Part shown: positions 30,048 through 40,542 of the stretch, one piece after another
Position numbering within the stretch: the first letter of the stretch is position 1
Layout of the letters: every line of letters starts with the position of its first letter
Origin: Alphaproteobacteria bacterium
GTDB lineage: Bacteria; Pseudomonadota; Alphaproteobacteria; Rhizobiales; Hyphomicrobiaceae
Reading direction: 5' to 3'
Assembly (NCBI GenBank): GCA_022600345.1
Contig: JAHZKP010000039.1
Span: forward strand, 10,089 to 74,088
DNA length: 64,000 nt
Program-made: the position numbers and the translations under genes
The notes under the pieces: model-generated
The model's database searches: none
What the model saw: only the letters and a program-made list of their open reading frames with translations
Told to the model about the DNA's origin: nothing

Positions 30048-30593
30048 ATGGTGCGAGCCTCTCGTGTGCTGCTCGGACGTATTGCATCGGCCCACGGTAT
30101 TCGCGGCGATGTGGTGGTGAAAACGTATACGGGCGATCCTGAAGATATCGGTCGCTACGATGCATTGACCGACGAGAATGGCGGCAGGCCGCTGAAGATT
30201 TCGGTTCGCCGGATGACGCCCAAGGGTTTAATCGCGCATATTGCCGGGGTCGATGACCGCAATGGGGCAGAGGCACTTCGAGGGGCGGAGTTATGGGTTG
30301 AGCGCGATCTTCTTGGGGAACCTGAGGAAGGTGAATTCTACTATGTGGATTTGATTGGATTGCCGGCGCGGGACCTGAGCGGAGAAGTCTTCGGCGAAAT
30401 TGTAAGCGTGGACAATTATGGGGCCGGCGATTTGCTTGAGATCAAGCTGGCCGAATCGGGGAAATCGGAGCTGGTGCCATTTACCCAGGCTTATGTGCCT
30501 GATGTGGATACCGAAGCCGGATATGTCAGCGTTGCCTGGCCAATCGAATATGAAATTGCACAACCGGGTGAAGAAGACGACGGCGAGACTTGA
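30048..30593 (+). CDS. rimM: Ribosome maturation factor RimM
   Basis: LGRIASAHGIRG, DRNGAEALRG, EFYYVDLIGL, NYGAGDLLEI and VPF motifs. Start 30015 (TTG) or 30048. Confidence 0.93.
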   Translation: MVRASRVLLGRIASAHGIRGDVVVKTYTGDPEDIGRYDALTDENGGRPLKISVRRMTPKGLIAHIAGVDDRNGAEALRGAELWVERDLLGEPEEGEFYYVDLIGLPARDLSGEVFGEIVSVDNYGAGDLLEIKLAESGKSELVPFTQAYVPDVDTEAGYVSVAWPIEYEIAQPGEEDDGET

Positions 30594-30651
30594 TCAGGGG
30601 CGTGGTAGATCCGGCCTGCGGAGCGGGCGGCTTTGAAGTCGCGGATCGGTG

Positions 30652-31881
30652 TCAGATGGCTTCACCGCGCAGCAAGCGGGGCACTTCGCCAGTCAGACCG
30701 GCGGCTTCCCTGACCAGGAAAGACTTGGCGGTGGGAATGCGGTCAATGAGGCCCAGTCCTGCTTCCCGCATGGATCGGAGAAGTGTGCTGTCATTGGAAA
30801 ACAGCGTGTTCAGCTTATCAAAGGCCATGCTCGATACCGTTGAATCAAAGCGCCGCCAGCGTTCGTAACGGGCCAGTCCATCCGGGTTGGAAGGGGCCAT
30901 GCCAATGCGGGCATTGTCCACGATCACTTCACATAGTGCTGCAACATCGCGGAAGCCGAGGTTTAATCCCTGGCCGGCGATTGGGTGCACGCCACGGGCG
31001 GTGTCGCCGATCAGCGCCAATCTGGGGGCGATGAGGCTGCGGGCCAACCGGAGCGATAATGGCCAGGAGGCCGGGCGCGCTTCCAGGGTCAATTCACCAA
31101 GGCGGCCGGAAAAGCGTTTGTCGACTTCTTCCATGAACTCATTGTCGCCAAGGCCGATGATGCGCTTGGCTTCGCCGGTTTTCTCCGTCCAGGTGATACA
31201 ACTGCGGTTTCCCGGCAGGGGGAGAATTGCAAAGGGGCCGGCTGGTAAGAAATGTTGGACGGCACGGCCTTCATGAGGTTTGGAGTGCGCGACGACGGTA
31301 CAGATGCCCGATTGTCCGTAGTCCCAGCCGATTGACTTAATGCCGGCGCTTTCCCGGGTCGCGGATATCCGTCCTTCGGCCGCGACGATGAGGTCGCCTT
31401 CGAAACTCCGCCCATCAGAGCACGTTAGAAGGGCGCTATTTTCGCTATCTGCAAACGATTCGACCTGGCAGCCGTGGACCACTTCCAGGCCTGTGGTGTT
31501 GGCCAGCGTTGATTTCAGGGCATTGGCAAGCAGGCCGTCGGGTACGATGTGGGAGGCCGGTTCGCCGGTATCGATGGTGTTTTCGTAGGTCAGAAGGACC
31601 GGGCGGATGCCTGCTTCCAACGGAGAATCGGTAATCTCAATTTCGCTGACGGGCTGCGTTTCGGCGGCAATACTCTGCCAGACGCCGATATAGTCGAGTA
31701 GGTTGCGCGAGGCAGCCGAGATGGCGAAGGATCGCGGGCTGGGAGGCGGCTGGCTGCCTGCAGGGGCGCGGTCGAGAAGGGTTATGTTGAGTTCGCCGTT
31801 CAGGGCCTTATTCAGAGCGAGCGCGAGTGCGGTGCCGGTGTAGCTTGCTCCGGAAACGATAATGTCTGTTGGTTTGGTCAT
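30652..31881 (-). CDS. UbiH/UbiL-type FAD-dependent monooxygenase
   Basis: GASYTG Rossmann-like motif, AAEGRIS, GDTARGVHPIAGQGLNLGFRD. Confidence 0.88.
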   Translation of the reverse strand: MTKPTDIIVSGASYTGTALALALNKALNGELNITLLDRAPAGSQPPPSPRSFAISAASRNLLDYIGVWQSIAAETQPVSEIEITDSPLEAGIRPVLLTYENTIDTGEPASHIVPDGLLANALKSTLANTTGLEVVHGCQVESFADSENSALLTCSDGRSFEGDLIVAAEGRISATRESAGIKSIGWDYGQSGICTVVAHSKPHEGRAVQHFLPAGPFAILPLPGNRSCITWTEKTGEAKRIIGLGDNEFMEEVDKRFSGRLGELTLEARPASWPLSLRLARSLIAPRLALIGDTARGVHPIAGQGLNLGFRDVAALCEVIVDNARIGMAPSNPDGLARYERWRRFDSTVSSMAFDKLNTLFSNDSTLLRSMREAGLGLIDRIPTAKSFLVREAAGLTGEVPRLLRGEAI

Positions 31882-32018
31882 GATGTGATCGTTGTCTTGG
31901 CTGGTGGGCCGATTGGACGGCATGGCGTGGCGCTTTGCTTGAGGCGCCGTGACTTCGTATGGTCGTTGGATCGATGTGGACCGTGGATTAGTCACCCTTA
32001 CTATATAAAGTGAGCCAA

Positions 32019-32900
32019 ATGGCGAAGACACAGACTGTTGAGGCCGCGGTTGGCGAACTGGTGGCGCTGCTTAACGTCGAGAAAATTGAAACCTACCTGT
32101 TTCGAGGCGGTTGTGGGACTGCCAATTGGAGACGGGTGTTTGGCGGCCAGGTTCTGGGTCAGGCGCTGGCGGCGGCCATCAAAACGGTTGCGCCTGAGCG
32201 GCGGGTTCATTCGCTACATGCTTACTTCCTGCTGCCTGGGGATACCAAGGCGCCGATCGTCTATGAGGTTGAGCATTTGCGCGATGGGGGGAGTTTTTCG
32301 TCCCGCCGGGTGAAGGCGATCCAGCATGGGCGGGTGATTTTTATCACGGTTTGTTCATTCCACATCGACGAAACGGGTCTCGATTTTGCGGAGAAGCGGC
32401 CCGATGTTCCCGGGCCTGAGGCGCTTAAGACCGCAACGGAACTGTTTTCCGGCGCAATGGGGAAGCTGCCGGACAGCATGCAGCGTTTCTGGGAGAGGTT
32501 TCGGGCACTTGAGTTCCGGCCGGTGGACATTTCACGTTATTTCGACCGCAAGAACCGGAATGCGGCGCAACAATTCTGGTTCAAGACGGCGGCCCGGCTG
32601 CCTGATGACCCTGCCGTCCACTTCGGCGTGATGGCCTACATTTCCGACTTTGCATTGCTGGAAACAGCGTTGGCGCCCCATGGCAAGCTGTTGTCGGACC
32701 CTGACGTCAGGCTGGCGAGTTTGGACCATGCCATCTGGTTCCATCGACCGTTCCGCGCCGATGAATGGCTGCTTTATTCCCTTGATAGTCCCAGTAGTGC
32801 AGGCGCCCGCGGCTTTTGCCGGGGACAGGTCTTTTCCCGCGATGGAAAGTTGGTTGCATCGACCAGCCAGGAAGGCTTGATGCGCACCGATGTTGATTGA
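32019..32900 (+). CDS. tesB: Acyl-CoA thioesterase II
   Basis: VFGGQVLGQAL, HSLHAYFL, RDGGSF and ASLDHAIWFH motifs. Confidence 0.93.
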   Translation: MAKTQTVEAAVGELVALLNVEKIETYLFRGGCGTANWRRVFGGQVLGQALAAAIKTVAPERRVHSLHAYFLLPGDTKAPIVYEVEHLRDGGSFSSRRVKAIQHGRVIFITVCSFHIDETGLDFAEKRPDVPGPEALKTATELFSGAMGKLPDSMQRFWERFRALEFRPVDISRYFDRKNRNAAQQFWFKTAARLPDDPAVHFGVMAYISDFALLETALAPHGKLLSDPDVRLASLDHAIWFHRPFRADEWLLYSLDSPSSAGARGFCRGQVFSRDGKLVASTSQEGLMRTDVD

Positions 32901-32949
32901 TTGGGCATCTCTATTTTGGCTGCTGTAATTTTGGTCAAAATGCAAAAAA

Positions 32950-32997
32950 TGCCTATAATTTTTGCATATCGCTGGCCAGAAGCACGTCACTTATGCG
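32950..32997. promoter_or_regulatory. Putative tandem NtrC binding sites upstream of glnK
   Basis: TGCCT-ATAATTT-TTGCA (32950-32966) and a weaker AGCAC-N7-ATGCG (32981-32997), resembling TGCAC-N7-GTGCA. Confidence 0.55.
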
Positions 32998-33032
32998 GGC
33001 ATTATCGATTTAAATTCAACTGAATCATGTAG

Positions 33033-33518
<486 letters not shown>

Positions 33519-33542
33519 ATTGTGGCTGGAGGGAAAAACCTA

Positions 33543-34904
33543 ATGAACTTACTCACACGAAATAACGGTCTTGGCTTCGCGGCACTGAGTGTGCTCGTGC
33601 TGTCCACTGTGCCTGGATTTGCGCAGGACGCAGCGGCGGTGGCCGTTGATAAGACTGCTGCCACGCCTGCCAACGTCGACTACATCCTGAATACCTTGTT
33701 GTTCTTGTTGGGCGGCTTCCTGGTCATGTGGATGGCTGCCGGCTTTGCGATGTTGGAAGCGGGCCTTGTGCGGACCAAGAACGTCGCCATGCAGTGCACC
33801 AAGAACATCGCACTGTTCTCGATTGCCGGCATGATGTTCTGGCTCGTTGGCTACAACCTCATGTATCCAGGTGACGGCGGTTGGATCGTTGCCGATTACT
33901 TCGGCAAGTTCATGCCGGTGACTATGCCTGAACCTGCCAAAGACACCGCCAATGCCTATTCGGTCGGGTCGGACTGGTTCTTCCAAATGGTGTTTTGTGC
34001 AACCACGGCGTCGATCGTCTCAGGCACGCTGGCTGAGCGCATCAAGCTGTGGCCGTTCCTGATCTTTGTCGTCATTCTGACCGGCTTCATCTATCCGATC
34101 CAGGGTTCCTGGGAATGGGGTACGGGCTGGCTCGACGATCTGGGCTTCTCTGATTTTGCCGGTTCGACGTTGGTGCATTCGACAGGTGGCTGGGCGGCTC
34201 TTGCTGGTGCGCTGCTGCTTGGTTCGCGTGCTGGTAAATATGGGCCGAACGGTTCCATCCACCCGATGCCGGGATCTTCCATGCCACTGGCGACGCTTGG
34301 TACATTCATCCTGTGGCTTGGCTGGTTTGGCTTCAACGGCGGTTCGCAGCTTGCAATGGGTACGCTTGAGAATGCTTCTGCCGTGTCGAAGATCTTCGTC
34401 AACACCAACATGGCTGCTGCAGCCGGTGTGATCGTTTCTATTGTTCTGACGCAGATCGTCTACGGCAAGGTCGACTTGACCATGGCGCTGAACGGTGCAC
34501 TGGCAGGTCTGGTGTCGATCACGGCCGAGCCGCTTACGCCGGCAATCTGGCAGGCGGTCATCATCGGCGGTGTCGGCGGTGTCATCGTGGTGTTCACGGT
34601 TCCGCTGCTCGACAAGCTTCGCATCGATGACGTTGTCGGCGCCATTCCGGTCCACCTGTTCGCAGGTATCTGGGGCACACTGATCGTGGCCTGGACCAAT
34701 ACGGATGCAAACCTTGGCGTGCAGGCGCTGGGTGTTGCGGCCATCGGCGCCTTCGTCTTCGGTACCAGCTTCGTGGTCTGGGCATTCCTCAAGTTTACCA
34801 TCGGGCTGCGTCCGACGCTGGAAGAGGAAACCGAAGGTCTCGACAAGGCCGAGATCGGACTGGAAGCTTACCCCGAGTTTGGTCAGGGCAGCCAGCGGAT
34901 CTGA
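33543..34904 (+). CDS. amtB: Ammonium transporter AmtB
   Basis: GFAMLEAG, DFAGSTLVH, WFGFNGGS and DDVVGAIPVH motifs (twin His present). Confidence 0.96.
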   Translation: MNLLTRNNGLGFAALSVLVLSTVPGFAQDAAAVAVDKTAATPANVDYILNTLLFLLGGFLVMWMAAGFAMLEAGLVRTKNVAMQCTKNIALFSIAGMMFWLVGYNLMYPGDGGWIVADYFGKFMPVTMPEPAKDTANAYSVGSDWFFQMVFCATTASIVSGTLAERIKLWPFLIFVVILTGFIYPIQGSWEWGTGWLDDLGFSDFAGSTLVHSTGGWAALAGALLLGSRAGKYGPNGSIHPMPGSSMPLATLGTFILWLGWFGFNGGSQLAMGTLENASAVSKIFVNTNMAAAAGVIVSIVLTQIVYGKVDLTMALNGALAGLVSITAEPLTPAIWQAVIIGGVGGVIVVFTVPLLDKLRIDDVVGAIPVHLFAGIWGTLIVAWTNTDANLGVQALGVAAIGAFVFGTSFVVWAFLKFTIGLRPTLEEETEGLDKAEIGLEAYPEFGQGSQRI

Positions 34905-35005
34905 TGGGGCGTTTACGAAATCCAGGTGCGCCGGCTATCGGCGCATCTGAGTGTGGTCCTTCCCCCGCCCGGCTCTGAAGCCGGCAAGAGGATCATGAGC
35001 GAGAG

Positions 35006-35036
35006 GCGTCCCGGGCTTCCAGCCCGGGGCGTTTTT
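35006..35036 (+). terminator. Intrinsic terminator after amtB
   Basis: CGTCCCGGGC-ttcca-GCCCGGGGCG followed by TTTTT. Confidence 0.7.
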
Positions 35037-35044
35037 ATTTCTGG

Positions 35045-35144
35045 TCCACAGTTCCTTTTGCTCAACATTCGGCAAGCCGATGTTGAAGGTTCCCCAAGGT
35101 CCTGTGGAGCTGATGGGTCCACAGTTCCAAAGGTCCTGTGGAGC
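35045..35144. repeat. Cluster of REP-like palindromes (one CAACA-N13-TGTTG copy plus CCACA-N13-TGTGG variants)
   Basis: TCAACAttcggcaagccgaTGTTG at 35062-35085; TCCACAgttccaaaggtccTGTGGAGC at 35118-35144; a split variant copy surrounds the first. Confidence 0.75.
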
Positions 35145-35376
35145 GGGTGACAAGTTAGAGTGAGCGGCGTCCTGTTTTGCGGTTGAGAGCGGTTCAGGAC
35201 TATGCCAAGGCGAATTCGATTTCGTCTGGCGGCGGCGATGACGGCAGGGGGCTGTGTTTGAGATCGTGCCTGGAGGGCTGCCTTGTTGCGATACCGCACA
35301 ACGAAAAAGCGCACGGGTCGCCCCATGCGCTTTCGTTTTTTCTATCAATCGACCAGGGTCGTTGGTATCGCCAGCC

Positions 35377-38268
35377 TTATTGGATCTTGAACTCAATGCG
35401 CCGGTTCTTGGCGCGGGATTTTTTGGTCTTATTGGAGGCGATGGGTTTGGCTTCCCCAAAACCCTCGGCAGACAATCGAGAACGTTCGATGCCAGCCTTG
35501 GCGAGGTATTCCAGCACCGCGTTGGCGCGGGACTGTGAGAGTTTCTGGTTGAAGGCTTCTGAGCCCTGATTGTCGGTATGTCCTTCGATGCGGACACTGA
35601 GGCTTCCGCAGTCGGCTATCGTCGATGCGATCTGGTCCAGGATCTTGCTGGAAGATGCAGCCAATTCGGAGCTTGCCGTTTCAAACAGGATACGGCGCTT
35701 GGCCGCCAGTTTGGCAAGGTCGTCATTGCACCGGCCGCGCGCGGCGTCGTTTGCCGTATCGGGCTTGGCAACTGCAGCAACGCGCTTATTGGCTTCCCCA
35801 GATGAGGGATTATTCCAGGCGTCCCGGGCAGCTAGATAGCCCGCAAGATCGGTTGTGCTGGTTGCGGCAGATGCCGCAGGAGCACTGGTTGCAGGGGAAG
35901 CTGAGGCCGTCGACATCACCGGCTTGGTGCCCCAGGAGGCGCGTTCGGCGAACAGGGCTTTCAACTGTGATGTGATTTCGCCTTTGGGCACCGGGGTCAA
36001 GTTGGGTCGTGCAGGTGCCTCGTATTCATTGACGATCGGCGGCTTGGCATTGCGGCGCAGATTACGTGTTTTGGCGAGCCGCAGTTTCTTGCTGGCGCCT
36101 GCGGCCAACGGTGCACGGACCCGTTTCGGTTTCGGGCCCTTGCCCCAACTTTCACGCCGCGAGAACAGGCGGTTCAGGTCGCCAGCCAACACCAGGCCGC
36201 TGATTTTGGGTTCGGTTCCCCAGCCTTCACGCTCAGCCAACAGGGCTGTCAAAGCTGAACCGATCTGGCCGGGTGAAATATCGCCGACGACAGGCAGCGG
36301 GCGGTCCTCCAGCTCGTTGACGATCGCCGGTTTGGCATTGCCTGCGGCAACCTTGGACTTCGATTTGCCCAGTTTTTTAGGGGCTCCAGCCGCCAATGGT
36401 GCACGAATCTTCTTGGCTTTGGGTCCCTTGCCCCACCGGTCGCGGCGGGCAAGATAGGCTGTGAGATCACCGGCAACGATGGGGTCGGTATACTTGGGTT
36501 GCGTGCCCCAGCTTTCACGCTCGGTCAGCAAGGATTTCAGAGCGGTGGAAATTTCGCCCGGCGGAACCGCTGTGAGCAAGGGTAGTGCGGGTGCCTCATA
36601 TTCGTTGACGATAGGCGGTTTTGCGGGTTTGGCCGCAGCGCCTGCCTTGGCAAGCTTCAGCTTCCTTGGCGCGCCGGCGGCGAGCGGTGCGCGAACGACT
36701 TTGGCTTTGGGTCCCTTGCCCCAGCTATCGCGGCGCGCAAAGTAGCGCTTCAGATCGCCAGCAAAGCGTGGCCCACTCCAACTGGGTGCCTTCCCCCAGC
36801 CTTCCCGCTCGGTCAACAAGGATTGCAGCGCGGTTGAGATTTTGCCCGGCGGAACGGCTGTTAGCGTGGGTAGAGCGGGCGCCTCATATTCGTTGACGAT
36901 GGGCGGTTTTGCGGGTTTGGCCGCAGCGCCTGCCTTGGCAAGCTTCAGCTTCCTTGGTGCGCCGGCGGCAAGGGGTGCGCGAACGACCTCGGCTTTCGGT
37001 CCCTTGCCCCAACGTTCACGCCGCTTGAACAGCGAATCCAGACTTCCAGCAACCTTGTGGCGGCCGAGCGAAGGGCCCGACCCCCATGCTTCACGCTCCT
37101 TGAGAAGCGCATTGCGGGCGCGGACGATTTCAGCCTGAGATACCTGCTTGGGATTGGGTAGTGGTTCGGCAACGAATGGGTGAACAATCGTCTTGGCGGT
37201 GGGGCCGGCCTTGCTCAACCCTTCGGAATTCAGAGCAATGCGGCTTGGGGCACCGTTCGCCAGAGGTGCTTCGACCTTTTTAGCAGACGGTCCCTTGCCC
37301 CAATTATCGCGGGTCGAAAGGTAGTCGCCCACAGAGGCTGCCCCCAATGTCAGCATCACATTCGAAGTTGACGTTGAGGACGATGACGATGACGCCGAAG
37401 TTGGCGATGCCGTGGTTGCGCCGTCCGGTGATGGGCCGGTTCCCCAGGATTGACGCTCCTTTAAGAGTGCGGCGAGGGCGGTGCTGATATCCGATTTTTT
37501 CGGTTCGGTTACCTTTGGAAGCGGGCGGGATTGGGCTTCATTGACAATTGGCTTGGCTGGTGTGGTTTTTGCCGCGGGCGCTTGTGTTTTGGCGAACTTC
37601 GCTGGCGCACCTTTTGCCAGAGGTGCGGCGACCGGCTTGGCGGTGCCTGTGCCCCAGGTTTCTCTTAAGGACAGGAAGCCTGCAAGATTTCCGGTCGCGC
37701 CGGCGGTCAGATCAGCAATACCGCCTGAAACTTCCGGTGAAACAGATTTGGCAGGTGCCGCTGCCGTGTCGGTGCTCCCCGAGGGTCGGGTGCCCCAGGT
37801 GGCGCGTTGTTTCAGGAAACCTTCGAGGTCGCCGGTATTGGGTGCGGTCAGGGCTGAGACGCTGGCGGCGTCAATTTCGCTGGAATCGGGTTTATCTGCG
37901 GCTGCGGGTGCCGGTTTCTTATCGTTCTTTTGGGTGGTTTTCTTGAAGCCCAGTAGTTCCTGGATGTATTCCTGCAAGGCTGCTGCCACGCCCGGCTCGG
38001 TTTTGGCTTCTGCGGTTCGAACCACTTCCGGGTTTTTCGCATTGGCCAACCCGGTGTCCGAGTCTTCGCTTTGCCAAAGCGCATCGAATTGCGGCTGGCG
38101 GCCGGTGATGGCGTGAATTGCGGGACCGGTGTGGGCCAGCGTGCACGGTGTGAGTGCCGCGGTTGTCTTGCAGAAACTTTCAATTGTCGAAGTCGCAGGT
38201 CGGTGCTCGGCTGTCGCGGGGATCGCAATAGCGCAAAGCAATCCGGCCAAAAGTGGTGTACGCATCAT
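35377..38268 (-). CDS. Secreted OmpA-family (peptidoglycan-binding) protein with long tandem repeats
   Basis: Signal peptide; C-terminal ILFETAS...IEGHTDNQG...NQKLSQSRA...NRRIEF; central 288-bp (96-aa) repeats. Confidence 0.9.
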   Translation of the reverse strand: MMRTPLLAGLLCAIAIPATAEHRPATSTIESFCKTTAALTPCTLAHTGPAIHAITGRQPQFDALWQSEDSDTGLANAKNPEVVRTAEAKTEPGVAAALQEYIQELLGFKKTTQKNDKKPAPAAADKPDSSEIDAASVSALTAPNTGDLEGFLKQRATWGTRPSGSTDTAAAPAKSVSPEVSGGIADLTAGATGNLAGFLSLRETWGTGTAKPVAAPLAKGAPAKFAKTQAPAAKTTPAKPIVNEAQSRPLPKVTEPKKSDISTALAALLKERQSWGTGPSPDGATTASPTSASSSSSSTSTSNVMLTLGAASVGDYLSTRDNWGKGPSAKKVEAPLANGAPSRIALNSEGLSKAGPTAKTIVHPFVAEPLPNPKQVSQAEIVRARNALLKEREAWGSGPSLGRHKVAGSLDSLFKRRERWGKGPKAEVVRAPLAAGAPRKLKLAKAGAAAKPAKPPIVNEYEAPALPTLTAVPPGKISTALQSLLTEREGWGKAPSWSGPRFAGDLKRYFARRDSWGKGPKAKVVRAPLAAGAPRKLKLAKAGAAAKPAKPPIVNEYEAPALPLLTAVPPGEISTALKSLLTERESWGTQPKYTDPIVAGDLTAYLARRDRWGKGPKAKKIRAPLAAGAPKKLGKSKSKVAAGNAKPAIVNELEDRPLPVVGDISPGQIGSALTALLAEREGWGTEPKISGLVLAGDLNRLFSRRESWGKGPKPKRVRAPLAAGASKKLRLAKTRNLRRNAKPPIVNEYEAPARPNLTPVPKGEITSQLKALFAERASWGTKPVMSTASASPATSAPAASAATSTTDLAGYLAARDAWNNPSSGEANKRVAAVAKPDTANDAARGRCNDDLAKLAAKRRILFETASSELAASSSKILDQIASTIADCGSLSVRIEGHTDNQGSEAFNQKLSQSRANAVLEYLAKAGIERSRLSAEGFGEAKPIASNKTKKSRAKNRRIEFKIQ

Positions 38269-38617
38269 ACTTTATTTTCCTCCAGTTCGTTACAGCCGTT
38301 ATGCACCAGTTTAGCTTAATATATTCTGTTTATCTGGCTTGTTACGAGTCTGAGACTACTTGTTTTATTGTGTCCAGATAGGTTTTTCCTGGTTCGGCCC
38401 TTGTTTTTCTACTCCCGTGTCCGGCTTTTGTAGTTGACGGCATGGTGTTCAGGTTGTTGCAATCAGCGCTTCATCGGCGCCGGTCCAGACCAAGTAGTTG
38501 ATTGCATCGCGTTCGATATGTTCTACATTTCGCATTGTATAATGACATCAACTGAGCCCCCTTGGTCAAATCGAGGCGTTCAGTGTTGTCTGCTTAACAA
38601 ACTGAATTGCTGGTAGG

Positions 38618-39427
38618 ATGGATACGGAAATCGGTACAAGTGGAATTACACTCTACGGCCTTGAAGGGTTTGCGGGCATGCGAACTGCCGGGCAACTGGC
38701 GGCTGAAGCCCTCGATATGCTGGTCGAATATGTTGTGCCTGGCGTGACGACCGAAGCTCTGGATCAGCGGGTGATGGAGTTTGCCCGGGATCACAAGGCA
38801 GTGCCCGCCCCGCTGAATTATCGAGGCTTCCCAAAAGGTATCTGTACGTCGGTCAACCACGTCGTTTGTCACGGGATCCCCGGTCCGAAGCCGTTGCGCG
38901 AAGGCGATATCGTCAACATCGACGTGACCTTGATCGTCGATGGATGGCATGGGGATACCAGCCGAATGTTTTCCGTCGGGCAGATTCCCCGGAAAGCGGA
39001 ACGGTTGGTCGATGTCACTTATGAATCATTGATGCGGGGTATTGCGGCGGTCAAGCCTGGGCAAACGACGGGGCATATCGGTGAAGCAATTCAGACATTT
39101 GCGGAAGGGCAGAGGTGTAGTGTTGTCCGCGAGTTTTGCGGCCACGGATTAGGGCTGAACTTTCACGAGCCCCCTAACATCCTGCATTATGGCAAGGCGG
39201 GCGAAGGCGTCGAGCTGAAGCCAGGCATGATTTTCACCATCGAGCCAATGATCAATCTGGGGCGGGCACCGGTCAAGGTGCTACCGGATGGTTGGACGGC
39301 GGTGACCCGGGATCGCCAGTTGTCGGCTCAGTTCGAGCACTCGATCGGTGTCACGGAGGACGGTTGCGAGGTTTTCACCTTGTCGCCGAAGGGCTATCAC
39401 TGTCCTCCGTTTGCGGTTGCTGCTTAA
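38618..39427 (+). CDS. map: Methionine aminopeptidase (type I)
   Basis: SVNHVVCHGIP, NIDVT, GDTSRMF, GHG and TIEPMIN motifs. Confidence 0.96.
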   Translation: MDTEIGTSGITLYGLEGFAGMRTAGQLAAEALDMLVEYVVPGVTTEALDQRVMEFARDHKAVPAPLNYRGFPKGICTSVNHVVCHGIPGPKPLREGDIVNIDVTLIVDGWHGDTSRMFSVGQIPRKAERLVDVTYESLMRGIAAVKPGQTTGHIGEAIQTFAEGQRCSVVREFCGHGLGLNFHEPPNILHYGKAGEGVELKPGMIFTIEPMINLGRAPVKVLPDGWTAVTRDRQLSAQFEHSIGVTEDGCEVFTLSPKGYHCPPFAVAA

Positions 39428-39649
39428 GAAAGCAGCAGGTTTTGGCGTGCCTGGCAGGTAGCGCCATGCCACAATGAGTTCCTCAGCAAGCTGCTGGTTG
39501 CTGCTTTCAGGCCGGGACCGGAGGCCGGTGGCGGTTTGATTTTCGGAGCAAAGTGGCTGGCAAAGTGCATTCCAAGCTTCGAAGGGGTCAGCGTCTTTTA
39601 AGGGTGAAGCGCTAATTCGAATTGCTGCGAGTAAGGGCTGCTTGTGAAA

Positions 39650-40471
39650 ATGGCAGAGTTCAAGGAAAGCAAGGGCGGCCTGCCCTTCCAACAAAAGACC
39701 CTGCAGCCGGACCGAACGCTTGGTGGCAAGTCGTCGGGCGGATCGCAAGCACCCCAGGGTGGTCAACCTCATCAACAAGGTTCGATGTTTGGTGGTGATG
39801 CTCCAAGTCATGCCGGTCACCGGCAGCGCCTCAGGGACCGGTTCATGACTGCGGGTGGTGGTGCGCTTCCTGACTATGAGCTGCTCGAACTGGTCTTGTT
39901 TCGGTGTTTTGCGCGTAAAGACACCAAGGACTTGGCGAAGCGGCTTCTTGCCCGGTTCGGGTCTTTTGCAGAGGTCATCAATGCACCAGTGCAACGCCTG
40001 AAGGAGGTCAAGGGTGTCGGCGATGCGGTCGTCACTGAGCTTAAATTGATAGGGGCTGCGGCCGAACGGCTTGCGCGCAGCGATATTTCGGATCGGCCAA
40101 CGTTGTCATCGTGGAGCAAGGTCCTCGATTATATTCGCGTGGCGCAGGCTTATGAAGCCAGTGAGCACTTCCGAATCCTGTTCCTCGATAAGAAGAACCA
40201 TCTTATCGCTGACGAAGTGCAGGGCCGCGGCACCGTCGACCACACACCGGTCTACGTTCGCGAGGTCGTCAAGCGGGCTTTGGAGTTGTCATCGACGGCG
40301 ATTATCCTGGTTCACAATCATCCATCCGGCGATCCAACGCCATCGCGTGCCGATATCGATATGACCAAGCTGATCGTTGACGCCGGCAAGCCGCTTGGTG
40401 TTTCGGTTCACGATCACATCATCGTCGGCCGTGAAGGTCATGCCAGCCTTCGGTCGCTGGGGTTGATGTGA
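39650..40471 (+). CDS. radC: RadC-like JAB domain protein
   Basis: [30 protein letters not shown] and HDHII motifs. Confidence 0.92.
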   Translation: MAEFKESKGGLPFQQKTLQPDRTLGGKSSGGSQAPQGGQPHQQGSMFGGDAPSHAGHRQRLRDRFMTAGGGALPDYELLELVLFRCFARKDTKDLAKRLLARFGSFAEVINAPVQRLKEVKGVGDAVVTELKLIGAAAERLARSDISDRPTLSSWSKVLDYIRVAQAYEASEHFRILFLDKKNHLIADEVQGRGTVDHTPVYVREVVKRALELSSTAIILVHNHPSGDPTPSRADIDMTKLIVDAGKPLGVSVHDHIIVGREGHASLRSLGLM

Positions 40472-40542
40472 TGGGATGCGGGATGGGTGTCGCCAGAGGC
40501 AGAGATTGCGTGGAATCGCTGCGGGCTGGCAATTACATCGGC

